This document shows, piece after piece, positions 56,253 through 64,000 of a stretch of 64,000 nucleotides of DNA. The notes below the pieces were generated by a model, which did no database searches, was not told where the DNA came from, and saw nothing but the letters and a program-made list of their open reading frames with translations. Location of the stretch: assembly GCA_018664825.1 (NCBI GenBank), contig JABJNO010000017.1, forward strand, positions 50,743 through 114,742, read 5' to 3'. The stretch's first letter is position 1; each line of letters begins with the position of its first letter. This DNA is from Candidatus Parcubacteria bacterium (GTDB lineage: Bacteria > Patescibacteriota > Patescibacteriia > UBA1558 > GWA2-36-10). The translations under genes and the position numbers were made by a program.

Positions 56253-57296
56253 TTACATGTCTTTGGTAGACGGCAACAATATATCTTTTAGGTTATCTAT
56301 CTCGTCCAATACTTTGCCGGTACCACGGACAACTGCAGTCAATGGTTCGTCGGTGATATGTACGGGCATTTTTGTTTCTTGAGATATTAGCTCATCTAGT
56401 CCACGCAACAATGCTCCGCCGCCAGTCAGCACCATACCCTTTTCGTACAAGTCAGAAACTAGCTCTGGAGGAGTATTTTCAATGGTAGATTTTATATTTT
56501 CTACTATCAACTTGATTGGTTTGGCAATAGACTCTCTGATATTGGCATCCGTGATCTCAACTTGCTTTGGTAGCCCAGTCAATAAGTCTCTACCACGCAT
56601 TATGGCTTCTATTGGTTCTTTCAAAGGAATTACAGAACCTATTTGCATTTTTATTTTTTCAGCAGTCATTTCACCCAACAAAATATTGAATTTGTCGCGA
56701 GCATATTGGATGATTGATTCATTTAGTTTGTCCCCTGCTAGTTTCAATGATTTCCAAGAAACAACACCACCAAGAGATATCACGGCAATTTCTGTAGTAC
56801 CCCCACCAATATCTACTATCATACTTCCAGTTGCCTCTTGGATCGGTAATCCAGCCCCAATAGCAGAAGCCATTGGCTCTTCTATAAGTAATACCTGAGA
56901 AGCACCAGCGCCCATGACAGCATCTTCGACGGCCTTTCTTTCTACTTCTGTCACATCAAGTGGGATAGCAATCACTACTCTAGGACGTGGCATAAAAGTA
57001 AAAGAATCTCGGTGAACTTTTTCTATAAAATGCTTGATCATTTTTTCTGAAATTTCAAAATCAGAAATCACACCATCGATAAGTGGTCTACTAACAGTAA
57101 TGTGTTGAGGAGTTTTTCCGAGCATGATTTTTGCGTCTTCACCAATCGCTACAATTTTTTCTGTACGATTATTGATAGCAACTACTGAGGGCTCGTTTAT
57201 GACAATACCTTGGTCTTTTACATAAACCAAAGTATTGGCAGTCCCCAAATCCATACCTATGTCTTTTGAAAAATTTTTAAAAACTTTTTTAAACAT
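56253..57296 (-). CDS. mreB: Rod shape-determining protein MreB
   Basis: DLGTANT, EPSVVA, VDIGGGTTEIA, LTGGGALL. Confidence 0.95.
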   Translation of the reverse strand: MFKKVFKNFSKDIGMDLGTANTLVYVKDQGIVINEPSVVAINNRTEKIVAIGEDAKIMLGKTPQHITVSRPLIDGVISDFEISEKMIKHFIEKVHRDSFTFMPRPRVVIAIPLDVTEVERKAVEDAVMGAGASQVLLIEEPMASAIGAGLPIQEATGSMIVDIGGGTTEIAVISLGGVVSWKSLKLAGDKLNESIIQYARDKFNILLGEMTAEKIKMQIGSVIPLKEPIEAIMRGRDLLTGLPKQVEITDANIRESIAKPIKLIVENIKSTIENTPPELVSDLYEKGMVLTGGGALLRGLDELISQETKMPVHITDEPLTAVVRGTGKVLDEIDNLKDILLPSTKDM

Positions 57297-58540
57297 TATT
57301 TATAGAATTCCTTTAGCTTTTTATCAACATTGTCCAAGCTTGCCATTTCTTTTTTGTGATCAGCTCGAGCAACTAGTTCTAAATCTTCATTTTTGTCGCT
57401 GACTATGAGCTGCCAACAGATACCTAGTAGGTCAGCATCTTTAAATTTTTTACCAAAAGAGATATCTCTCTCGTCGTACAAAACATCCCAACCTAAATCA
57501 GTCAATTTTTGGTATATTTCATCAGCTCTTTTACTTGTTTTATCAGTTTTTGCTAAATTAAGCAAATGTATATGATATGGGCTTGTGGCCGCTGTCCAGA
57601 CGATACCATCCTTGTCATGACTAGCCTCTACAACAGTACCCATCACCCTACCTAGGCCAATACCATAAGAGCCCATCAAGACGTCATTTTTCTTGCCCTC
57701 TTTGTCAGTATATTGAAGTCCTAATGCAGATGAATACTTTGTACCTAGGCGGAAAATATTGCCAGCTTCAACAGTTTTTTCTTCAATTACTTTTTCTCCG
57801 CATTTTGGACATTTTTCACCATTTTTGACTTGGGCAATTTCTTTGTTTTGAGCCCAAGCACATTTTTTGCATAAAATAGTAATATCTTCCCCAGCTTCGG
57901 TAATTACCATAAACTCATGAGAAAATTCTTTACTCATAGAACCACCAGAAGCTTCTACTGAAAATGCTTCTAATCCAAGACGTTTGTAAATCTTTAAATA
58001 AGCATCATGACAAACCATATAAAATTTATCCAGATCTTCTTGATTGGTATGAAAACTATACAAATCTTTCATAGAAAATTCACGACCACGTAATAGTCCA
58101 GACTTGGCTCTTTTTTCATTACGAAATTTGTCTTGAATTTGATAGACAAACATTGGTAAATCTTTGTAAGAATTTATTTGCTGTCTAGCTATTTCGGTGA
58201 CAACTTCTTCGTGTGTAGTAGCTAGCCCTACTTCGCTACCATGGCCATCTTTGAATTGGTACATAATGTCAGCCATTTCATCCCAACGACCAGTTTTTTG
58301 CCAAAGTTCTTTTGGTTGAAGAGCTGTCATCAGCATTTCTTGACCATCTATAGCATCCATTTCTTCACGGATTACATTTTCAACTTTACGGAAAACTCTC
58401 AAACCCAATGGTAGATAATTGTAAACTCCGGCCATATGTTTTTCTATATAGCCTGCCTTGGTAAGTAACTCGGCATTGATACTTTTTTCGTCTTTACTCA
58501 CCTCTTTTCGAGTTTTGCCAAATAATTTTGATTGTTTCAT
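57296..58540 (-). CDS. proS: Prolyl-tRNA synthetase, short form
   Basis: THEE, KFRNEKR..SGLLRGREF.MKD.YSF, MGSYGIG..R. Confidence 0.93.
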   Translation of the reverse strand: MKQSKLFGKTRKEVSKDEKSINAELLTKAGYIEKHMAGVYNYLPLGLRVFRKVENVIREEMDAIDGQEMLMTALQPKELWQKTGRWDEMADIMYQFKDGHGSEVGLATTHEEVVTEIARQQINSYKDLPMFVYQIQDKFRNEKRAKSGLLRGREFSMKDLYSFHTNQEDLDKFYMVCHDAYLKIYKRLGLEAFSVEASGGSMSKEFSHEFMVITEAGEDITILCKKCAWAQNKEIAQVKNGEKCPKCGEKVIEEKTVEAGNIFRLGTKYSSALGLQYTDKEGKKNDVLMGSYGIGLGRVMGTVVEASHDKDGIVWTAATSPYHIHLLNLAKTDKTSKRADEIYQKLTDLGWDVLYDERDISFGKKFKDADLLGICWQLIVSDKNEDLELVARADHKKEMASLDNVDKKLKEFYK

Positions 58541-58543
58541 ATA

Positions 58544-58828
58544 TTAAGTGTTTAATAAACTAATTATGCGTTGCTTTTCTTGTTCCAACAATTCGCCATC
58601 ATAATCACCGCTATGAGCTGTATGACTTTCATAACAAGCTGCTTTTTGATCAAGGTGGATAGAAACTTGTAGTCCTTCATCGCGCTGATTTAAATAAACA
58701 TGGAATCGCGGGAATTCTCCATTACTAAGCCTCTTTGCATAACTATCTTTATTTCTATGAGGATGATAACCCAAGCGCCTCATCAAGTGCAATGGATTAC
58801 CACTTGTATTTTGTAAAACAAATTTCAT
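58544..58828 (-). CDS. Conserved hypothetical protein
   Basis: MRRLGY...FPRFHVY...HLDQK...H.G.YDG. Confidence 0.7.
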   Translation of the reverse strand: MKFVLQNTSGNPLHLMRRLGYHPHRNKDSYAKRLSNGEFPRFHVYLNQRDEGLQVSIHLDQKAACYESHTAHSGDYDGELLEQEKQRIISLLNT

Positions 58829-59931
58829 TAAAACATATTTTTAAATGATTCCCAAATACCACCGCCATATTTTGCAACATCACGGAAGGTCACTACCAAA
58901 AATAATAGCATCAAGAGTATGAAACCACTATTGTGAATCCAATTTTCTATACTTGGTTTTACTTTTTTACGAGTAATACCCTCTAAGGCAATAAATATAA
59001 ATCTACCACCATCTAGCGCTGGGAATGGTAAAAAGTTTATAACACCTAGGTTGATAGAAAGTACGGCAATAAATTGAATAATAAATACAAAGCCCATTCG
59101 CACCATCTGTCCTGTAATAACAGCCACACCTACTGGACCAGAAAACTCTGGAGCCATATGCTTGTTCACTACCAAGTCATGTATCATCAATCCAAAGGCT
59201 TCTATAATTCGCCATATCAAGATACCTGTAGTGCGTAATCCTTGCCAGATACTTTGGAAAAATCCATAGTCTATGACACCCGTATCTACCATACCAACGC
59301 CTACAATCCAATCATCTTGTTCTTGGTTATAGCGTGGTGTCACTTTTATGTCCTGTTTGTCACCACGTCGATTTATACTTAGCTCAATTTCTTCTTCACC
59401 TATATCTTGAATTTTGTAGTATAGGTCATCTGAATTTGCGATTGGCTGACCGTTGAGACCGATCAATTCATCACCAACCATGATTTCTTTCATAAAAGCT
59501 GGACTATCTTCCAACACTTCTACTACCACTATACTATGTTGCGTGTAGCTATCCGCAGGCGTATCTTTTTCTATGGCCTGTGGTAAGCCAAAATAAAATG
59601 CAAATGATAAGAAAATAAAAGCCAAGAAAAAATTCATAACTACACCAGCAGAAACTATCAAGGCTCTTTTCCAAACTGGTTGTACAGAAAAACTATGAGG
59701 ATCTTCTTTATGATCCCCAGATTCACCCTTTATCTTTACATAACCACCAAGTGGTATCCAGCCAATCGAATATTTGATGCCCTTGCGGGTAAAACTAAAC
59801 ATTCTAGGTGGAAAACCTATAGAAAATTCTTCTACAGCCACTCCTAGCTTGATTGCAGTGATAAAGTGTCCTAATTCATGTACGAGGATTAATAATCCCA
59901 GTACTAATATAAAAGATATTATTGTTAACAT
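58828..59931 (-). CDS. rseP: RIP metalloprotease RseP
   Basis: HELGH, PLGGYV, PDZ domain, NFLPFPALDGG. Confidence 0.95.
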   Translation of the reverse strand: MLTIISFILVLGLLILVHELGHFITAIKLGVAVEEFSIGFPPRMFSFTRKGIKYSIGWIPLGGYVKIKGESGDHKEDPHSFSVQPVWKRALIVSAGVVMNFFLAFIFLSFAFYFGLPQAIEKDTPADSYTQHSIVVVEVLEDSPAFMKEIMVGDELIGLNGQPIANSDDLYYKIQDIGEEEIELSINRRGDKQDIKVTPRYNQEQDDWIVGVGMVDTGVIDYGFFQSIWQGLRTTGILIWRIIEAFGLMIHDLVVNKHMAPEFSGPVGVAVITGQMVRMGFVFIIQFIAVLSINLGVINFLPFPALDGGRFIFIALEGITRKKVKPSIENWIHNSGFILLMLLFLVVTFRDVAKYGGGIWESFKNMF

Positions 59932-60486
59932 TTAGATTGTCATTACTTCTTTTTCTTTTTCGTCGCTAATTAATTTGATTTTGTCGTTGTACTCCTTGGT
60001 CAAAACATCTAGGTCTTTCAGGGCTTGGAATCTATCATCTTCTGTTATTTCCTTTGCCTTTTCCAAAGACATTACCTCTTCTTTTATCTTTTCTCGCTGT
60101 GACCGTAAAGTTATGCGTGAGTCCTCTGCTTTTTTGTGCAAACTTTTGACCAATTCCTTTCTTGATTCTTCTGTCAAAGGAGGAAAGTTCAAACGAACCA
60201 CTTCACCATCTACAACTGGATTTACATTTAGGTCAGAAGCAGATAGAGCTTTTTCAATATCTTTGAGAATACTCTTGTCCCACGGCTTGATTGTGATACT
60301 TTGTGGTTCAGGACTAGTGATTGAGGCCAGCTGCATCAATTCGGTGGTTGCTCCATATGATTCTACTCCAATACCTTCTACAATACTCGGAGAAATCCTA
60401 CCAGTTCGCAGAGAGGTGATATCTTGTTGAAAAAACTCCAAGGTTTTTTCGTAATGTTCTTTATTTTTTTCTATAACAGCATGCAT
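59932..60486 (-). CDS. frr: Ribosome recycling factor
   Basis: LRTGR, YG, PPLTEE.RKELVK. Confidence 0.96.
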   Translation of the reverse strand: MHAVIEKNKEHYEKTLEFFQQDITSLRTGRISPSIVEGIGVESYGATTELMQLASITSPEPQSITIKPWDKSILKDIEKALSASDLNVNPVVDGEVVRLNFPPLTEESRKELVKSLHKKAEDSRITLRSQREKIKEEVMSLEKAKEITEDDRFQALKDLDVLTKEYNDKIKLISDEKEKEVMTI

Positions 60487-60500
60487 ATTAAAATTGTTAA

Positions 60501-61658
60501 TTATTTTTCTATTCTCAATGCACCAAGGTACAAAAATCTATTGTCTGATGAAAATTCTAAACTTCTAGCAACATGAGTAGTTGGCAATGAGTCTATGGTC
60601 CAATTTTGCCCATTGTCTATAGAGTGATACAAGGCATTGCCAGAACCATAAAATATCTCGTTGGTGTTGCCTGGATTTACGGCTACAGAATATATAGTCT
60701 CTTGCCTATCTCGTGTAAGTAACCTTACTTGCTGCCAAACATTATCTTCATTCAATCTAAACAATCCTACCCTATTGGCATAAATAATACCATCATCTAC
60801 ACTAAAATCTTGATTAAATGTAATCACTGTTTCTGAACCACGAATATCTCGTAAGGTAGCATTTTCTGCATTGACGACAATGTCAGGAAAATTGTATGAC
60901 TCTCGTACACCAGCCTCAGTAGTACCTTCTTGAGCATTTACATGCAAGTCCAATAAATTTTGCCAGTTTTCACCGCTATTTTTGGACTTATGAATACCAG
61001 TACTTGCGGTAACTACATACATCACTTCATCGTCATAATGATTTTGGACTACTATATCCAAAATTTTATTGTTGAACATATGCAATACTTTCCAGCTTAT
61101 GCCTCCGTCTTCACTACGCAACAAGTCTCCAATAGAATTACCAGCAAACACAATATTTGTATTGTCGCCCTTGATAGCCAATGAGGTAATAAACACACCA
61201 GCTCTCGGCTCAAAATAAAGTCTTTCCCATTTTCTAGAACAATCAGTTGTCTTATAGATCTCAGTGTGAGCTGCAGCAAAAAGCGTACATTTGTCCTTTG
61301 GATCTACCTGAACTGAGTTGATAGTACCTTTTCCAGTCAATGTCCTAAACCATCCATTACCATAATTGTAGCTATAAAAAATACCATCGTGTTGAGATCC
61401 TAAATATACCGCCGCTGGATCTTGGGCATCAAAAGATATATTCAAAATATTAGAAGCATTAAAATTTGTAACCTCACCACCAGGTGTGTACATAGTAGTG
61501 ACATGTTTCCAGGTAACCGCCTTGTCATTACTTCGGAAAAATCCACCAAAATTACCAGCAGTCTTATCACTTTTTATACTGATACATCCACTCAAAAATA
61601 TTGGCAGCACCAGTATCAGAGCGATTACTTTGAATTTGTTAAGTTTTTGTTTTAGCAT
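60501..61658 (-). CDS. BNR/Asp-box beta-propeller lipoprotein
   Basis: Lipobox FLSGC; repeated S.D.G..W motifs. Confidence 0.8.
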   Translation of the reverse strand: MLKQKLNKFKVIALILVLPIFLSGCISIKSDKTAGNFGGFFRSNDKAVTWKHVTTMYTPGGEVTNFNASNILNISFDAQDPAAVYLGSQHDGIFYSYNYGNGWFRTLTGKGTINSVQVDPKDKCTLFAAAHTEIYKTTDCSRKWERLYFEPRAGVFITSLAIKGDNTNIVFAGNSIGDLLRSEDGGISWKVLHMFNNKILDIVVQNHYDDEVMYVVTASTGIHKSKNSGENWQNLLDLHVNAQEGTTEAGVRESYNFPDIVVNAENATLRDIRGSETVITFNQDFSVDDGIIYANRVGLFRLNEDNVWQQVRLLTRDRQETIYSVAVNPGNTNEIFYGSGNALYHSIDNGQNWTIDSLPTTHVARSLEFSSDNRFLYLGALRIEK

Positions 61659-61659
61659 A

Positions 61660-62664
61660 CTATTTTAGACTTAAGAGTAAATTTTCCCACAAAAGTTGTG
61701 GCGAAATATTGTATTTTAATTTATTTTTTATTTTATTCAACGATAATAGGTTTTTAAGCAATTTTTCTTCGCTAAAGCTAGCAGATAAATCAACTAGCTG
61801 ATCTTTGTACATTTCGTTTACAATCGGCCTATCAAGCTTTATCCATAACAAATCTCTCAAAAATACTTCCATCAAATCAAGGTATTGCTTGGTCAGGATC
61901 CCTAGTTCATATACTTTGTAGCCAGGATATTCTTTTTTTAAAACAGCAAACCATTTATCAACTGCCTGCATAAAGTGAAAGGTATTACTAGATAATAATT
62001 TTAAAATAAAGTTTGAGCTTTTTTTAAAATTTTCTAAATCATCATCCATCATCCGCAGGGCTAATCCAGGTCTTCCAAAAGATAAATTTATGATTGTTTC
62101 TTTTTCTTCGGGTGTCAATTTATAATTGCTCAACCAAGCTTCCATGTCTTGACGACGTAAGCTTTGAAATTTTAGCAATTGAGCACGAGAAATGACAGTG
62201 GCTGGTAAATTTACTATGGAGTCGGCCAACAAAATAATAGTAGTATTAGCTGGTGGTTCTTCCAAGGTTTTCAAAAGTGCGTTGGCACTATGAATATTTA
62301 TGGTTTCTGTATTGTAAATAATTGCCAATTTATGATCTGCGTTTATTTTTGATAAAGATAAATTACGCAAAAATTCACGAATATTTTCAGCATTGAGCTC
62401 TTCTCGACTACCTATCTTATAAAAATCTAAAAAAGTATTTTTTTCAATCATACGACAATGATAACACTTGTCGCATGGTTTTTGCTTGGCGTCCTGACAA
62501 AATAGGCTTTTAGCAAAATAATGAGCTATAGTTTTTTTCCCTAGACCACTAGGACCATAAAATAAATAAGTATTAGCCAATTTGTCTTGGCTAATGGTTT
62601 CTTGTAAAAATTTTAACTGGTTTTGATGACCATAAATTGGCCATTTAAAATCATATAACATCAT
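61660..62664 (-). CDS. holB: DNA polymerase III delta' subunit
   Basis: YLFYGPSGLGK, zinc motif C...C..C..C, ANALLKTLEEPP, TVISR. Confidence 0.88.
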   Translation of the reverse strand: MMLYDFKWPIYGHQNQLKFLQETISQDKLANTYLFYGPSGLGKKTIAHYFAKSLFCQDAKQKPCDKCYHCRMIEKNTFLDFYKIGSREELNAENIREFLRNLSLSKINADHKLAIIYNTETINIHSANALLKTLEEPPANTTIILLADSIVNLPATVISRAQLLKFQSLRRQDMEAWLSNYKLTPEEKETIINLSFGRPGLALRMMDDDLENFKKSSNFILKLLSSNTFHFMQAVDKWFAVLKKEYPGYKVYELGILTKQYLDLMEVFLRDLLWIKLDRPIVNEMYKDQLVDLSASFSEEKLLKNLLSLNKIKNKLKYNISPQLLWENLLLSLK

Positions 62665-62710
62665 ACTTAAAATACCATTTTTGCAGCTAAAAATCAATCC
62701 CATGCTCTTT

Positions 62711-62719
62711 TGTGGATAA
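62711..62719 (-). promoter_or_regulatory. Consensus DnaA box upstream of holB
   Basis: TGTGGATAA, i.e. TTATCCACA on the minus strand. Confidence 0.45.
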
Positions 62720-62759
62720 AATAAAAAACTCACCTATAAAAAGGTGAATTTTGGGGGCT

Positions 62760-63155
62760 TTATCGATTATCCAAAGCTTTATTTACCAAGGCATCAGCTT
62801 CTTTGTTTTTTTCTCGACGAACATGGGTAAAGGTAATATGTTTAAATTTCACGGTCAAATTCCAAACCTTTACAAAAAGCTTGGCCAATTCTTTGTCTTT
62901 TACTTTGTATCTTTTGTTTAGTTGTTCTACTATCAGCTGACTATCCAAAAAACAATCCAGTTCCAAAATATTTTTTTCTAAAGCAAGCTCCACACCCCGA
63001 AGGATTGCCCTGTACTCTGCTTGATTGTTGGTGGCCTCCCCTATGTATTCAGAAAAATTTGCGAATTCAGTATCACCATCATACAAAACTCCACCGATGG
63101 CTGCTGGGCCTGGGTTGTTTCTAGCTCCACCATCTGTAAAAAGTCTATGACTCAT
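62760..63155 (-). CDS. rnhA: Ribonuclease HI
   Basis: TDGGARNNPGPA, TNNQAEY, DSQL, N.EADALVN. Confidence 0.93.
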   Translation of the reverse strand: MSHRLFTDGGARNNPGPAAIGGVLYDGDTEFANFSEYIGEATNNQAEYRAILRGVELALEKNILELDCFLDSQLIVEQLNKRYKVKDKELAKLFVKVWNLTVKFKHITFTHVRREKNKEADALVNKALDNR

Positions 63156-63999
63156 GTTGTTTTATATCTCTAATAATTAATTGGATTTCACGATTACCAT
63201 TCCATTGGTTGATGTTTACATTGTACACCAGATCTAGATGATTACCGATCTCTACTTCTTGCTTACCAAAACCAAAAGCAATTGCTCCTAATTTTTTATT
63301 TTCTTTTACTAGTTCCAATTTTAGATGTTTACCATCATTTCCAACTTTACGAGCATCTGTAACGATCACATCTTTTGATAAAAACGTAGGTTCTTCGTTT
63401 GAGTGACCAAAGGGTTTGAATTTTTCTACCAAATCTGCCATTTCCCAATTGATCTCAGTAAAATCAACTACCAGCTCAATGTCTATAGAATTTTCAAATT
63501 CTTGATCTTTCAAGTTGTCATTGGCATATTTTATGATTCTTTTTCTAAATTCGTCTAAGTTTTCTTTTTTTATAGTAAAACCAGCTGCTTGTGGATGCCC
63601 ACCATAGCGCTCTAGTATATCCTCTATGCTTTTTAAGCCTTCTGTGATGTTGAATCCCTTGATACTCCTACCAGATCCAACTATATGGTCACCTACGTCA
63701 GTCAAAACAAAAGCAGGTCGCGCATAAGTCCTCACTAGGCGTCCAGCGACCAAGCCTGTCAGACCAGCTGACCAATCTGCTTGATAAAAAACAAACAAAC
63801 TATCAGCCAAGTTTATCTCTTGAGCTTTTGCTTGACGGACAATAGTTTCGGTCAGTTTTTGTCTATCGACATTTGATTGATTGAGTTCAGCAGCTTGTTT
63901 GGTAGCTTCTTCTGGGTCTGTCTCTTTTAGAAGATAATAAGCTAAATTAGCATGATCCATACGACCAGCTGCATTTATTCTTGGCCCAATAGTAAATCC
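63145..63999 (-). CDS. recJ: ssDNA exonuclease RecJ (C-terminal part; runs off window end)
   Basis: GPRINAAGRM, GSGRS, GGHPQAAG, PFG..N..P. Confidence 0.93.
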   Translation of the reverse strand, partial: GFTIGPRINAAGRMDHANLAYYLLKETDPEEATKQAAELNQSNVDRQKLTETIVRQAKAQEINLADSLFVFYQADWSAGLTGLVAGRLVRTYARPAFVLTDVGDHIVGSGRSIKGFNITEGLKSIEDILERYGGHPQAAGFTIKKENLDEFRKRIIKYANDNLKDQEFENSIDIELVVDFTEINWEMADLVEKFKPFGHSNEEPTFLSKDVIVTDARKVGNDGKHLKLELVKENKKLGAIAFGFGKQEVEIGNHLDLVYNVNINQWNGNREIQLIIRDIKQHES

Positions 64000-64000
64000 A

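Noticed and set aside
1-64000. Alternative genetic code (UGA read as Gly)
   Set aside because: Housekeeping genes are full length under the standard code and TGA ends several genes

Overview
AT-rich bacterial chromosome segment with almost all genes on the minus strand, tightly coupled operons and many apparently leaderless starts. The gene content (two VirD4-like ATPases, VirB2-like pilins, SecD-PPIase fusion, sigma/HARE-HTH protein, DUF4012, two mreB, AMP phosphorylase) points by inference to a Patescibacteria/CPR (Parcubacteria-like) genome using the standard code. Housekeeping genes include mnmA, clpB, secDF, ddl, uppS, dnaX, lepA, murJ, mreBCD-mrdA, greA, proS, rseP, frr, holB, rnhA and recJ. 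There is also a [FeFe]-hydrogenase/NuoF-like pair, a glycosyltransferase locus, tRNA-Gln(CTG) and RNase P RNA. The most unusual signals are: (1) a 4.3-kb coupled array of nine highly diverged paralogues (N-terminal Cys helix, degenerate LRR, shared C-terminal cap) next to rnpB; (2) an unassigned ~285-nt structured ncRNA with its own promoter and terminator; (3) six plus-strand solo expression cassettes sharing a promoter/boxA-like/strong SD/terminator layout; (4) REP/RPE-like palindromes around a GIY-YIG nuclease, one inserted in-frame in mnmA; (5) repeats of the tRNA 3' end. All calls come from reading the sequence by eye; no database searches were run. Several start codons were moved from the ORF track to a more plausible downstream codon.
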